Shown in pieces: positions 47,825-60,308 of a stretch of 64,000 bases of DNA; position 1 is the first letter of the stretch, and every line of letters starts with the position of its first letter. Below the pieces are notes generated by a model. That model was not told the origin of the DNA, made no database searches, and was given only the letters and a program-made list of their open reading frames with translations. A program made the translations under genes and the position numbers. Location of the stretch: NCBI RefSeq assembly GCF_036321535.1, contig NC_087442.1, positions 36,146,001 to 36,210,000 on the forward strand, in the 5' to 3' direction. Source of the DNA: Camelus dromedarius (taxonomy: Eukaryota).

Positions 47825-48825
47825 GTTCAGTTATTCTTTCAACAAGTATTTATCGAGCACTTACTATGTGCCAGGCCCTGCACCAGTCACTGGGGACACG
47901 GTGCTGAGCCAGAGACCTAGTTCGGCCCCCATGGAGTTTACATTCTAGCTGAGGGGACAAGCAAAAGCAAAGAGTAAACCAGGCAAAATGAGCTCAAGTG
48001 TAAAAAGTGTTGTGAAGCAGACAAAAAAGGGGCAGAGACAGACCCTACCAGGGATGGCAAACCTTATTTTGAATAGCGTGGTCAGAGAAAGCTGGTGGTC
48101 CCTGGACCAATACCGTCAGTACCGCCCACGACCTGTTAGAAATGCAGATTCTTGAACTGTATCCCAGACCCCTGATTCAGAGACTCTGGGGTGGGCCCAG
48201 CAGTCAGTGTTTAACAAGACAGCCACGTGGAAGTGTGTGGAGGAAAGGACATTCTAGGCAGAGGGTGCGGAAGACCCAAGACAGGAAAGAGCTCGGCTTG
48301 TTCAAGGAAGTGAAATCGAGGCTGCTTTAGCTAGAGCGAGGTGAAGGGAAAGTGGCAGAAGATGATGTTGGTGATATGGGCAGGGATCAAATCTTGCAGG
48401 TCCTTGTAGACCAGAGTCAGAGGGTTAGACTTTAGTCTAGGTAACGTGAGAAACCACTGAAGCGTTTTAAGTAGTACCGCATGCAGATCTAAATTACTTT
48501 TAAGATGGTCTCCATGGTTCAGCCCAGGCTAGACTGGAGCGGCTTATGAGTGGAAGTAGGAAGACCAGTTAGGAGGCTGATGCACTGGTCCAAGCAGTAA
48601 ATGATGGTGGCCTGGACTTAGGTAGTAATAGTAGAGATAGAAGTAAGGAAGTAATTCCAAGATATGTTTTAGGAAGAAGTGTAAAAAGACTTGCTGATGG
48701 TCTGGCTAGGGCAGGGGGAGGCAGGTGGTTATGGAGAGGGGAGGGGTAACTATTGACTCCTCCATTTCTGCCTTGAGTAACCGGGTGGATGGAGGTGTCA
48801 TTGACTGCTCTGGAAGGGCAATAGG
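47825..48825 (-). mobile_element. L2a 3' ~0.9 kb, interrupted by MER5A
   Basis: ttcaacaagtatttatcgagcacttactatgtgccaggc...catggagtttacattctag...aggaggctgatgcactggtccaagcagtaaatgatggtggcctggac. Confidence 0.9.
48095..48220. mobile_element. MER5A fragment nested in L2a
   Basis: gtggtccctggacc...acctgttagaaatgcagattctt...cagacccctgattcagagactctggggtgggcccag. Confidence 0.85.
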
Positions 48826-49904
48826 GTAGGCATATCTTCCTGGCCTTTATCTCAGACTCCACCTAAACTGTTGGGCAGGCATCCCACTGTAACAGCTTCG
48901 CAGACCTTATCCTCAGCTTGATTCGTGGGCTATATCCTCTGTCCAACCTAGATTCCTGACAGGGGAGCCACTAGACTGAACCCCATAAGAATTCTGTCCC
49001 TAAAGCACATGTCCCGTGTGCACGAAGGTTTGAGGAATACCTAAGTGACTGTGTCAGCATGTCGAGCAGTGTTCCTGTTGGAAAAGGATTGAATCAGTCT
49101 CCAGCCTTGCTAAGAGGTGCAAACTTGTCATCTTCACCTTAGGAAGGAGAAAAGGAGAGAGAGAGAGAAAGAGAGAGAGGAAAATTGCTGGAGCCATGAA
49201 CACAGACAGCCCTAGAATCCAATGAGGGTTGAACCAAAAGATGGAATTGGAAGATAAGGATGGCCGGGGGGCAAAGGAGGAAATTGGAGAAATAGGGGGG
49301 CTCCATGGGGAGTGACCCTTTGCTCAGTCACCCACCACGAAGAGTGAACTGCAGGAGGGAATAGGAAGGAAAACAGATTTTTAAGCCTGCAGAGATGGTG
49401 GATTGGTTACATAAAAAGCTGTCTGTGAGGTGCTCAATTCCTTCATCTTGCTCCTGTGAGGCTAAAGGAAACGTCCCTTCTCTCTCACACCTATGAATAA
49501 TGGGCATGTCAGCCAGTCCAGCCAGTCAGAGGTCAATCACCTCCGGTTGTCCCCACGCCTTATTGTTTGTACGCTGTACATAGTACTTTGTTCCTCGTTT
49601 ACTGTGTCTGTTTGGGATACATAGGTGGTTTCACGGTCTAGAATTAAATTCTGAAAATTGATGAAATAGACGGCAGGGGTGGGGTGGAGTGGGGAGGGAT
49701 GTAAGGGAGATGTAAAGGAACATGGGGAGAATAGAGAGCCTGGGAACGCTGACCAAAAGAGCCATGACCTGAGAAATTAGGAAGTTGATTCAGTACAATC
49801 AGCTTCGCCAGGTGAGCTCTGGGAATTTGTTTTGGAAAGATGTTTACATTTTCTGTGTGACTGTCATGTTTACACTGTCTGTGTGATTGATTGACATTTG
49901 AGAC

Positions 49905-50105
49905 CAGTGGTTCTCAAATGGGGAGGAGGGTCTTACCCCAGGGATATTTGGCAATGTCTGGAGACATCTGGGGAGGTGGGGAGCGGTTTACTCCTGGCAT
50001 CTAGCAGGTAGAGGCAAAGGTTGCTGCTAAATTCACAGCACAGCCTCCAGGACATAGAATTCTCTGTACTAAAAATGTCAGTAGTGCTGAGGTCGAGAAA
50101 CCTTG
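49905..50105 (+). mobile_element. MER20 hAT-Charlie MITE
   Basis: cagtggttctcaa...gggatatttggcaatgtctggagaca...ctggcatctagcaggtagaggc...aaaatgtcagtagtgctgaggtcgagaaaccttg. Confidence 0.95.
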
Positions 50106-50969
50106 GGCTAGCCATGTGAGAAGAGAATAACAAAGTATGATCTGATGCCTGCCACGAAGGGGATGTGGCCATCCACATTGGGAAATGGTGCGTGTCAGCT
50201 GGTCTGTCATCAGAAGAACAAGATGAGGAAATTCTGAGAAATCTCACCTGTAATTCCAGTATTTGTCTGTCTCCCTGGAAATCAACAAATAGTCACTGCC
50301 CTCCCTCTATGTGTAAGGCACCAGACGAGGCGATGTGGGAGTGCTGGGGGCTGAGGCAGGCAGAGAAATCAGAGGGAAGTAAGCCCAGCCCATTTATGGG
50401 GCATTTGGTTGTGACCATAATAGAAATTCTGTACTTCTCATCTATGTTGTAGGACCCTTGTAAGGATAAAATGATAATGTATGCAAAGTGCTTTTACCCG
50501 TCTGACATACTAACCAGATGCTTAATCTCCTTGCTCCATAGTTTTAGCTGAAGGAGGAGTCTGACTTCTTCTGCACACAGTTACATGAATTCAGATCCCA
50601 CACGTTGCCTTAGTTTCCTTTACCTTCCCCATCACTGCACAAAAGCCAGTCCCTCTGCTCCTGTTCCTCACCAAACAATTGAGAGGACAAGGTGTCCTCT
50701 AAAGTGCTTAAAAGCTGCTTTAAGAAGGATTTTCATTAAAAAACAAGATCATATTCATTCTAGTTATGCTTTTTAACACTTTTTACCTCTTGTCTGTTCA
50801 ATCTACTTTTATTGAGCATCTCTTGCATGCTAAGAACTGTCGTAGAAATTAAGTCAAAGGATGCATAATCTTCCACTTGACTGTGTTCATCACAGATGAG
50901 TATTTGCTCATCTTCTGCCACTTGAGCCCAACCTTCATAAATTCTAGCATATTATTTAATTGATATACT

Positions 50970-51810
50970 TGGGCTACATCCTGAAGTCAGCGAGGAGAGG
51001 AATCCTGAGGGGAGGGGATGCTTCTGGGACATCCCAGGTGGAGGAATGTGGATGCCTCCCTGTAGATGTTTCCAGGTCACTGGTCAGCGTGTGAGTAGGC
51101 GAGGGGCAAGAAGTGCCTACGGCTGCAAAGGTGAGTCAGGTCAGTTTGAGAAGGGCCTTATACAGCCTGCTGTGGCATTCGGGCTTTGTCCCAAGGTTAC
51201 TGAAGATGAGATGAGCTGGAGAGAGATGTGATCAGATTTGTGCTTTACAGAGAGAACTCTCTGGATTGAAAAATCTAAGATTACTAGAGGAGAGGCCAGT
51301 TTAGGAAGTGGTTGCCTCATCCAAGGAGGTGATGATATGGGCCTGAATCCAGGTAGTGGCCAAAATGGGAATGGAGTCATTAGGTTTGAGATGTGGAATC
51401 AACAGATTTGGGTGATACATTGGAAGCAATTGAGAGTGAGTTGGAGAACGAGAAATTGAGTATTGGAACCTCCAACTGAGGTAGAAAATATGGGGGTAAA
51501 AGCAAACCAGGATTGGGGGAGAGATGAGTTGTTTCTGAGCTAGATGGGAAGTGTTTGGGTACATCCACATGAAAGTAATGTCCTAGGCAAAGCTAGTCTG
51601 ATGAGCGAAGGCAAGTGGGATGGGCTAGAGATACAAAATTGGTGTCAAAAACATGAGATAGAACTGTATAAGTCATCTGAATAAAGGAGACCATGGAGGG
51701 AGAAGGTGGAGGGTGAGAAGAGAAAGAGGGCCCAGGACTGCACACCTGCATTTAAGGGATGTGCAGAAGGAGGCAAACACACAAAGGACACAGAAGAGGA
51801 TGGTCAGAGA
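50970..51810 (-). mobile_element. L2 fragment (~0.8 kb)
   Basis: ggaagtggttgcctcatccaaggaggtgatgatatgggcctgaa...caacagatttgggtgat...gggctagagatacaaaattggtgtc. Confidence 0.75.
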
Positions 51811-51972
51811 GGTAGAAGAGATTGGCTCTTTTCAGTGAAAAACAGAGGGTCCTGTTGGCTTCAGAAGGGAAGTGCAGATTTTTATAGAGAATCACCCTCA
51901 CCCCATCCTTATAATAGGTAACAGTCTTCCTTTGGAAGGCACAGAGCAACACACGTACATACACACATACAT

Positions 51973-51973
<1 letters not shown>

Positions 51974-52011
<38 letters not shown>
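51974..52011. repeat. (CA)19 microsatellite within an imperfect CA-rich tract (about 51948-52024)
   Basis: Seen directly. Confidence 0.97.
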
Positions 52012-52012
<1 letters not shown>

Positions 52013-52279
52013 GTCACACACACATAGAGGTTGCTGCCACCGATGACATTCTGGTTTTGGCCAGGGGTGGCTTTGAAGCATCAACCACAAAGAAGTGATC
52101 GTGAGAATTTCACTTTTTCGTCCCAACAACCCTTTATCTTCACAGCATAGTGGGAGGGTCCAGTGGCCACTTGGACGACATGTACTTTCTCTGTAACCAT
52201 TAATACCACTCATCCCCATACCTACGGGGAGGGAGCGGAGCCCTCGTAGCTACCCCAAGCCTGTCTTCCTGGTGATGGA

Positions 52280-52600
52280 AATTTCCATTATTGACAGGAT
52301 AACAGCAGGCTAATGGCACAGATGAATTGTAAATTTTGACAGCCCCGACAGGTAAATATTGGCTTTGCACAAACAGGTTTCTATAAATAACCTGTCTGCT
52401 ATAGAAACTCCACAGATGGCAGCAGGGCTGCCCAAGCGTTGATTCTCCCAGGGTGTTCGGTGCAGAAAAGCACAGCTGTCAGCTTTGCTGTTCTCGCTGA
52501 GAGCTCATGCCGCCTCTGCTGTGCCTGCGGCCTGTCCCCGTCCCATCCTCCTTTGGCAGGCGGAGGCGGGGACAGGTGGAGATCAGTCATCTCAATAACC
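52280..52600. promoter_or_regulatory. Candidate enhancer (MEIS/TGIF, bHLH and MEF2-like motif cluster)
   Basis: TGACAG at 52292 and 52337, CTGTCA at 52476; CAGATG at 52319 and 52413, CAGCTG at 52473; CTATAAATAA at 52381; no recognisable repeat. Confidence 0.4.
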
Positions 52601-54113
52601 TGCCTCCAGTGCCTTTCCTTCCAGGATTCCAAAGGGGTTTCTTAAAAATGTCACTTCTTCAGGTCTGGCAGTCAGAGTGGGGATTTGTCTGATAAGAGGA
52701 TTTGTCGGCCCCTTTCTAATTTAACTTGGTCCCATTGAAAACAAAATCAGGTGGAATGAGACGCATAGTCACTCTGGATTCTGTGCTATGTGGCTACAAT
52801 TGCTAAAACTGATGCTTTCAAGGGAAGATGCTGGGCTGTCACATGTGGGCCCGCCATAGATGCTGACCTGAAAGACAATGTGAGAGATAGGGGACCACTA
52901 ATATCGGCAAGTCCCTTTGCTGCAGAACTTTGCCCAGCAGCCATCTCACCCCATCCAAGAGTCAATGGGAAAGTAGTGAGCAATGCAGACCCATTCTTAT
53001 TTCTCAAATGTTGAGCTAAGAGCCCACAGCTGGAATAATGCTGATCGAAGGGGTGGCGTTCTAACTGACCGTTCTAGGGATGTCCGAGCGCTTCGTGCTA
53101 CAGTAAACGCTCCATCACTGTGGCTGAGCTCTGGTTTGGGGTATGCCTCTGCTTCCCTCACTCCCTAATGTTTATTTTCTGCCGCTGCTTGTTTCTGTGG
53201 GCTCTTGGATTTAGTGCGTTCTACAGTAAGCCCCTTCAAACCCTTCCGGAAGTAGACAAAGGTATAAATCATATAAGGTGAGTCAAAGGGTTAGAAGGTG
53301 CCTAAGATAGCAATAGTGATCAGAAAATTATTATATTTTCCCCTTCTACAAAGTTTTTGAGAACACAAATGATAATAACAGACACTGTGCAATTAAACAT
53401 TTCAAAATAGAAAATTAGGAGGGAAAATGTCATGGAGAACTGCAGTAGGAAATGACACGTGGATGATGAAGTGATGACGATGTCCCGCCCGAAGCAGAGT
53501 CGTCTGTGTTTTTTCCCTTCGGCCTTATCCCGAGGGAGGAGAGCAAAGCTGGCAGGAGTCAGCCGTCAGCGCGAAGTGGTGCACGTATGTTTGCGGTGCT
53601 CTGTGTTCCCAGACTGAATTCAGGACTTCTTCTTCCTCTCCCGGGCAACGAATCACCATTAGTACAGGCTCCTTTGCGTTTCTGGTGGGGTTACTCCTAG
53701 TTGTTCTTCCACATTCAGAAGGAAGGAGTGTCAGTTTCTGAGGGTTTGGGGCTTTGGGCTTTTGTTCCCAGGTCTTCCTTCCATGCATAAAGGCCTATGT
53801 TTCCAATAAGGGCTTTGAACACTTCACAGGCCAGGCTTGTCTGGTTCCTTCTGCTTCCCAAGCATTCTGTACGGTGTCCGGCAGCCAGCAGACAGCAGAT
53901 CAGTGTTTGTGGGGTGGAGCCAACTCAGTGAGCTTTGATTATCAGGGAATCTAATTTCCGTATTGGGGAAGAGACAGGAAAAATTCTTCCTGGGAAACAT
54001 TACAGCTTGGTAGTCAATAGTATAGCTGAGCAAGATGCTCAGCATAGAAAATAATGAGTCATCTTCCACCAAGCCTGTGAGAAGGAGAGAACAGAGTATA
54101 CAGGCGGCCCCGG

Positions 54114-54280
54114 CAGTACAGTGGAAAGTGTACGAGTTTTGTCATCAGACAGACTTCCTTTTGAATTGTGCACTCCTTACGTGAATTGGAGGACTCTGGG
54201 CAAGTTTTGAGTCTCTCTGAATCTCAGCTTCTTCATTTTTAAAACATAGATGAAAAATCCAATTCTCAGAATTGTGATAT
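54114..54280 (+). mobile_element. MIR SINE
   Basis: cagtacagtggaaagtgtacgagttttg...ctgggcaagttttgagtctctctgaatctcagcttcttcatttttaaaa. Confidence 0.75.
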
Positions 54281-54283
54281 CCC

Positions 54284-54508
54284 AGAGGCAGTGTAATGTC
54301 ACCATCACAAGCAGGAACTCCAGAGTCATATTGCTCGGTTCACCTCCCTGCTCTACCATTTACTAGCTGAGTGATTTGGAGCAAATTCCCTAACTTTTTG
54401 TGCCTAGACGTCCTCATGTTTAAAATGGGGAGAGTTGCTGTGACGAATAAATAATGAATGTACGTAAAGTGCTTTAGGACAGCATGGTATGTAAGTGTTC
54501 AGTGAGTG
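54284..54508 (+). mobile_element. MIR SINE, head-to-tail with the previous copy
   Basis: agaggcagtgtaatg...ctctaccatttactagctgagtgatttggagcaa...cctcatgtttaaaatgggga...gtaaagtgcttta. Confidence 0.85.
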
Positions 54509-55084
54509 CCTGTGACACTATCAGGTGGTGCTGAGAAAAGATGTCCTGGGGTTCTTGCTCCCTCCACCCCACGTTCTCCCTCTCCCCAGGCTTTTCTGGA
54601 CAACTTCTCGATCATTTTATTAATTGTGAAAGCAGCCACATTATTGTCATCTTCGTAAAGCATTGCAAAGCTATCATCTACAAATGGCCTCACCTAGAGG
54701 GGACCTGTGCCAATTTCCATGCAAACCCAGGAAGGAAGCCTTTGGGGCTCCAGGAGAGAGGGGGTGGTTATGCAGAGCTGGAGTTAAAGTTGTGTTTCCT
54801 TTTTGTTGTTTTGCGGATATGTTTTTTAATTGGGAAAAAAAGTGCCAAGTGTTCCAAAAAACCAAAGTAATACACGTTTATCTAGTAAGGGGTGAGTGTA
54901 CTACTTATAGGCAAATATAATACACTTCACTTATTCAAAATGTTGATATATGCTCCAATCATTCATTCATTGATTTGTTAAAAGTCTCTTAGGCAGTGAT
55001 TGTACACTGGGTCCTATGCTAGGTGGTGGGCTTAGAAATGGAAGCAGGACTGTCTTTGCCCCAGACTCCAGTCAAACTGGCGAT

Positions 55085-55330
55085 GTCAATTAATGAAATT
55101 TGATGACACAAACTGTTGGAAGAAGATTTGTTCATGAATGATCCAGAATACCAACAGGGAGGCTCTAGACAGGAGAAGGTGATTAACCCTGTGTTAGGAC
55201 TAGTGTCGTACCTCAGCCAAGGCAGAGCACAAGAGAGGATGTGGGAAAAGGAAGGTGGAATTGACAGAAACGCCAGGACCAAACTGAGGAAGTGATCACG
55301 AATGTATACATGAGAAGGACTTCGGTGAAC
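55085..55330 (+). mobile_element. L3/CR1 LINE RT-region relic
   Basis: aaatttgatgacacaaactg resembles the CR1 KFADDTKL motif with a 3-nt loss; downstream gcacaagagaggatg and catgagaaggact follow CR1 order. Confidence 0.45.
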
Positions 55331-55384
55331 TTGTATCGTTCTCCTTTGCATGTTCATCATCCTCTAACCATGTGGTCCAAGGCG

Positions 55385-55480
55385 TTCCCCATGTACAAAT
55401 GAGGAAACCAGAGCTCAAAGAGAACAAGGGTATAGCAGCTCCCAGGGAGCACCTCTGAGGTGGGAATCCAGGTTCCACAG
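55385..55480 (-). mobile_element. MIR fragment
   Basis: ccccatgtacaaatgaggaaaccagagctcaaagag. Confidence 0.7.
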
Positions 55481-56564
55481 GTGCTGAGGTCCCTGTCGCA
55501 GTGTGCTGTTCTGCTGTGCCAGCCTGCTGCTGCCTGATCTGAAGGTAGCTTGTCATGGCAATTGATTGCTGCTGCAGGAGGACTGTGGAAGCTCTCAGTG
55601 GCACGTTGTAACAACCACCTTTTTTCTTCTAGCTCTTTGGGCATCTTCTCCCCTCCTTCCTGGGAGCATCTTGTCAGTTAATATGGCTCTTGAGCTTCCT
55701 GTACTGTGTGTTCCTCTTCTCAGCAAATGTTCATCATACTTGTAGATTTTTCTCACAGAGCCTAAAAATGTCCTGGCTGGGGCCATAAGTCTCCTAATTA
55801 GCATGCAATGTCATATATGATCTCATGTTATGATTCCTTCAAGCTAAGACACAGTGAACCCACCATCGAAGTAAGCACTTCCTTTAAGAGGACTAAATCT
55901 TGCCATTTATTCATGGTATAAATCTACGGTGTTCATGTAACTAAGACAATCCATTGCCTACAGCAAAAAAGATGTTCTCTCTGGAGCGTTCCTGAAATTC
56001 CCATCCCACATTGTAAGCTTCCTCAGATGGTGATGGCACCAACCTGTCTCCTGGGTCCAAGAACATGCCACTTTTGAGCCTTAGCACAATTCAAGGACCA
56101 TCACTTTTAATTACTTCTTGTTTCCGGTTCAAGGGCTGTTGACCAATGCTTTTGGCAAAATCATTTTGTTTCTTCCAGACGTAGCTGAGGGGTCTTAGAA
56201 GTAACATGCAGCTGCACCTCATGGTAGAACAGGAAAGATGTTCTCGACGTGGCAGAGGAAGGGACTACTTAGTGAGTCAGGGTTGGGTGTGGCTCAGTGA
56301 CCCTGCTATTCTTTGGTCAGTGTCCACCAGGTTATGAACCAGGGTGTGGGATCTGGCCTAACAGGGGAGTGCTTTGGACTGTCGTATCTTTAAAAAAAAA
56401 ATGTATCTCTCAATATCTATTGACGAGATGATGACTGTATAGTCTATTGGATTTATGTAAATTACAGATGACTATTTACCTCTGCCCCTAAAACCTGTGC
56501 ACCCTAGAATCACCCAGCATTAAACTAAGGTGATGCTGGCTTTCTAGCACTATTGTGAATCCAA

Positions 56565-56760
56565 GGCAGCTGGGGTGGAGTGACCAAGAAGGCTTAGGAA
56601 ACAGAATTCAAGTCCTTCCAACCCCCCAGCTGTGCAGTCTTGGACACGTTGGTTTACCTTTCTGAGCTTTAGTTTGCCCACCTGTGAAAAGAAGAGGTCC
56701 ACCTCACAGGGTATTGTGAGAGGCTGTGTAAGGGTGCTTTATAGAGTGAATACAGTGACT
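56565..56760 (+). mobile_element. MIR SINE
   Basis: cagctgtgcagtcttggacacg...acctttctgagctttagtttgcccacctgtgaaa...acctcacagggtattgtgag. Confidence 0.8.
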
Positions 56761-57009
56761 TCCAAATGGAGAAGACGAGTTAAAGCCTTAGGAAGTGCGT
56801 GTTTGATTTGATTGTCTTCCCTGGGAGTGGTCACAAGGACATTATGCCAGAAGCCATAGGCTTTCCTTCCAGATTGCCTGAATGGTTTGACAGGCTATTC
56901 TAATGACCCTTTGGCATTGCCATGCCAATTGCCCAAGGCAACAATTTCCAAGATGAACTGGAAAATCAGTAGACATTATGCTAGGAAATTAAAAAAAAGT
57001 CTTACATGA

Positions 57010-57228
57010 CCAAATATGTTTGTGATATCCCAGGTTTAGTAAGTTGAATAGATTTAACTTGTACATGCTAATTATATAGTGAACCTCCAGGAAGGGGATA
57101 TTAAAAAATCAAGTTTCTCAAAACTTTACAGCACAGAATTCTTTCCTTCTCTCCGACTTCCTTTCCCCCACCACACCTAGCATATCATGGAATTAGTGTA
57201 ACCCAGAGCATATTCTGGGAAATGCTGA
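57010..57228. mobile_element. MER103-like hAT-Charlie fragment
   Basis: atgctaattatatagtgaacctccaggaaggggata...gtttctcaaaact...ggaattagtgt...ctgggaaatgctg. Confidence 0.6.
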
Positions 57229-57629
57229 TGCAAGGAATTCTAAAGGGATTACTGTTAGATTTTTACACCTATGCTAGTAGAAAGACATGGTGTCATAGAT
57301 AATGCCAAGTATCAAACACTATATAAAGTGCAAGTACATGATTTCTGAATATACCGTAGGGTAGCAAGTGAAGCTGATTGAAGCAGTAGGTTTTTGGTTT
57401 TTTTTTTTCCTACATGGTCTCTGTTTTGCTGATGTTTCAGAAATCAACTTTTTTTTTTTCTAGAAGCAATATGGATAAGAGTAATGGAATTTATTCCATG
57501 AATATATTATATAATTGGAAACTAAGTTGGAATTTAGTTTACACTGGTTAGGGGTATTTCATAAACCATGTAGCTGAAGGCCGGTGCCACCTCCTTCTCT
57601 GAATTCCCCAGCTAGAAGTTGTCTTTTCT

Positions 57630-57820
57630 TTCCCCCAACCTCTTATCACACTTTACCTGTGCTTCCCTTATGCATTTGTAATTTTGCACCTCGCTCAAGA
57701 GCTGATCGTGTGCATGGCTTATCTCCCCTGCCGATGAATGAGTTCGTCTTGTGGAGCACTTCTTAGATCCCCACAATGCCTACAGAGAACACGCATGTGC
57801 TAGACACGCAGATGATGGAC
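57630..57820 (+). mobile_element. L2 3' fragment
   Basis: tgcatggcttatctcccctg...gagttcgtcttgtggagca...atccccacaatgcctac. Confidence 0.55.
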
Positions 57821-57894
57821 TTGGTGGGAGTGTCTCATATTTCCCTAAGGTTATTCATTTACTGGTATTACTGTTATTAGTATTCAGTTGTTAT

Positions 57895-58095
57895 TAATTA
57901 GCTAATATTTGTTAAACAACTACTCTGGGCTAAGCACGTGGCATTGATTATTTCACTTAATATTCACAACAAAACTCTGAGGTTGATACCTTTTCCCCTC
58001 AGTTTACAAATAAAGGGACTGAGGCTTTACGAAATGCTAAATACCTTGCCCAGTATCAGAACCGGTATTCCAAACTATAGGTGCCTCTGGCCCGT
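57895..58095 (-). mobile_element. MIR SINE
   Basis: agctaatatttgttaaacaactactctgggctaagcac...cacaacaaaactctgagg...tttacaaataaagggactgaggct. Confidence 0.85.
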
Positions 58096-58707
58096 TCTGT
58101 GCTTCCGATCACTAAGCATCACCCTCTGAGGGGCCAACAAATAAGCCAACACAGTTCAGGAGAGAAGCCTCTGTAGTACCTTTGCGGTTCCTCGGTCTCT
58201 CTAAGTCCCTTTGTACAGATAACCACCCTCATAAATGAAAGGCTTAGAGGCCACCAGCCAGTTGCTTTCTCTCCTGCAGTCTGAGTGTGGAAGGCTCTCC
58301 GTGGCCCGCTCTATCTGAGGTTGCTTTCACCAGGGTTGCCCTGCTGTGACTGAAAGCCCTTGTTAAGTTTGGGTTAATTGCCAGTATAGGCAGTGTTCTC
58401 CTTTAGAAAGTACCTCCAGAGAGAGCAGCCTCAGAACTGGGAAATGCTTGTCTATTTGCTCCCCACGTGCCCAGATGCTAATGGGGTTAGGAAGATGCCA
58501 ACAACATATGCCATTCCAGATTCTTCTCATTTACCAAGTCTTGATGATTTTCACACCCAGTGATTTTTCAGCCTTTTGCTACCTATGGAGTCAAGAAGTC
58601 AGACCAACCAGTATTTACCGAGCATGTGCCACGTGTAAGGATAGGGTGATCCCATGAACTCATTCACACTCATTTTGATTCTTCTCCCTGGCTTGCTTTT
58701 GCTAAGG

Positions 58708-58848
58708 GGGTACAGTATGGTGAAGAATAGAACAGGAGATTGGAGTTCTTGCTCTAGATCAGATACCACTCCTTGTGTGCCGTGGGCCAGCCACTTGGCC
58801 GCTGTGTCTCTCTGTCTCCTCAGCTAAAATGAAAGCAGGAGGATGGCC
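58708..58848 (+). mobile_element. MIR SINE
   Basis: cagtatggtgaagaatagaac...ccactccttgtgtgccgtgggccagccactt...ctcctcagctaaaatga. Confidence 0.7.
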
Positions 58849-60308
58849 TGCAGCACTCCCTGCTCGGTCCTTCTTGGCCCGGCTTTCTCGTAGTGGGCGC
58901 CGTGGCCCAGGGAAAGAGTTCATCTACAATCTCAATGGGGCTGGAGACCCTTGTACACACGTGGAACAGGCTAGAACCACAGCAGTACTGCTTATATGTG
59001 TTATTTCCCACGTCATCTCTGAGAATGTTCAGAAGACACAGTTCTTGGTGAGCGAATGGTATCAAACCAGAAATCCAAGCTGGAGTGGGATTTACACTCT
59101 GGAGACTTTCACTTTCAAGAAGTGAAACACAGAGAACCTGTAGGTAGAGCTGTTTTGAGGGTGCTGGCCCTCACCTGACTGGGTTAGGTCTTGGAGCAGG
59201 TCTCAGACTTTTGTCTCTGGTAAGCGGTCAAGTCTTTGACCTAGATATGATATGGCCAGCAAATCAACAAAGTCATTCCTAAGACTCATGCCTAATGTAT
59301 AATTATATCCGAAAGAAGGTGATTCATGGGTCATTTTCCATTTTTTAATAGCGTTAAAAGATTATGCAAGTAAACACATGGTCCTTTTAAAAAAAAATGA
59401 ACAATGTCTGGGATGTTTTAAATCAATAGAATTTTTTTAAAATTAACAAAGCAGACAAATATTCCCTCCCTCATGGAGCTTACTCTCTAGGTGGCCACTG
59501 ATGACAACTAAGGTAAAAAAAAAAAACCAGCATTTGCCCATCCAAGAACATAGCATCCAAAATGAAGCAACTGCAGTAAGGGCCCTCTTACCCCATGCAG
59601 CCGGAGCTGGCAGGTGTTTAGTTAATAAAGAAGACCATGAAAATGGTTATCATTAATCTGTACCTTAAATATTTTACTTTAACTTAAACACATAAATGCA
59701 TACTTATTCACCATTTTTTTTTAATGTGAAACCAAAACATTTCTTAGGTTTGCTGACTAGTTTTTAATGACCATTCTTAGATAAACCGTGCCTAAAAGGC
59801 AATTATTTGCAATTTCCAGTTTCAATCTTCTTAAAGTGGAATGAGTTCCTTGGACACTTAGGAGGCAATCCAGGTACAAAACATTCCAGCCTTTTGTGGT
59901 TGACCCACCCACACCTGGTTCGACAGCAGGTTTGATTTTGTTTTAGCAACTTTTTCTCTAGTCTTCCAAAATATGCAACTTAGAACATTTTTTTTCACAC
60001 CCACATTTCATCAGTGTATATAAGATGCGACCAAATTGCATAATTATGCTAACAAGTATAAGCAGGAACAAGTTTGGAAACACATCCCGAACTCTCATAT
60101 CACAACTGGTGGAAGCAGAAGCACAGGGCATAGCAGCAGTTAGATAGTTAGGTTGGAGTATCCGCTTGGGCATCAGTCACTGTATTTACAGAAAGGATGG
60201 GGTATATTTCTTAATCTGGCAAGTCAGTTACACAGAAGTCATTTAAGAGAACTCCTCCTGTACTTCTGAATGTGGCCCTCAGCACTCATTATTTGCAACT
60301 CCTAGAAC

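Noticed and set aside
52298-52351. 54-nt exon-like segment (gacag|...|gtaaat)
   Set aside because: Stops in all frames; the AG sites are better explained as parts of TGACAG motifs.
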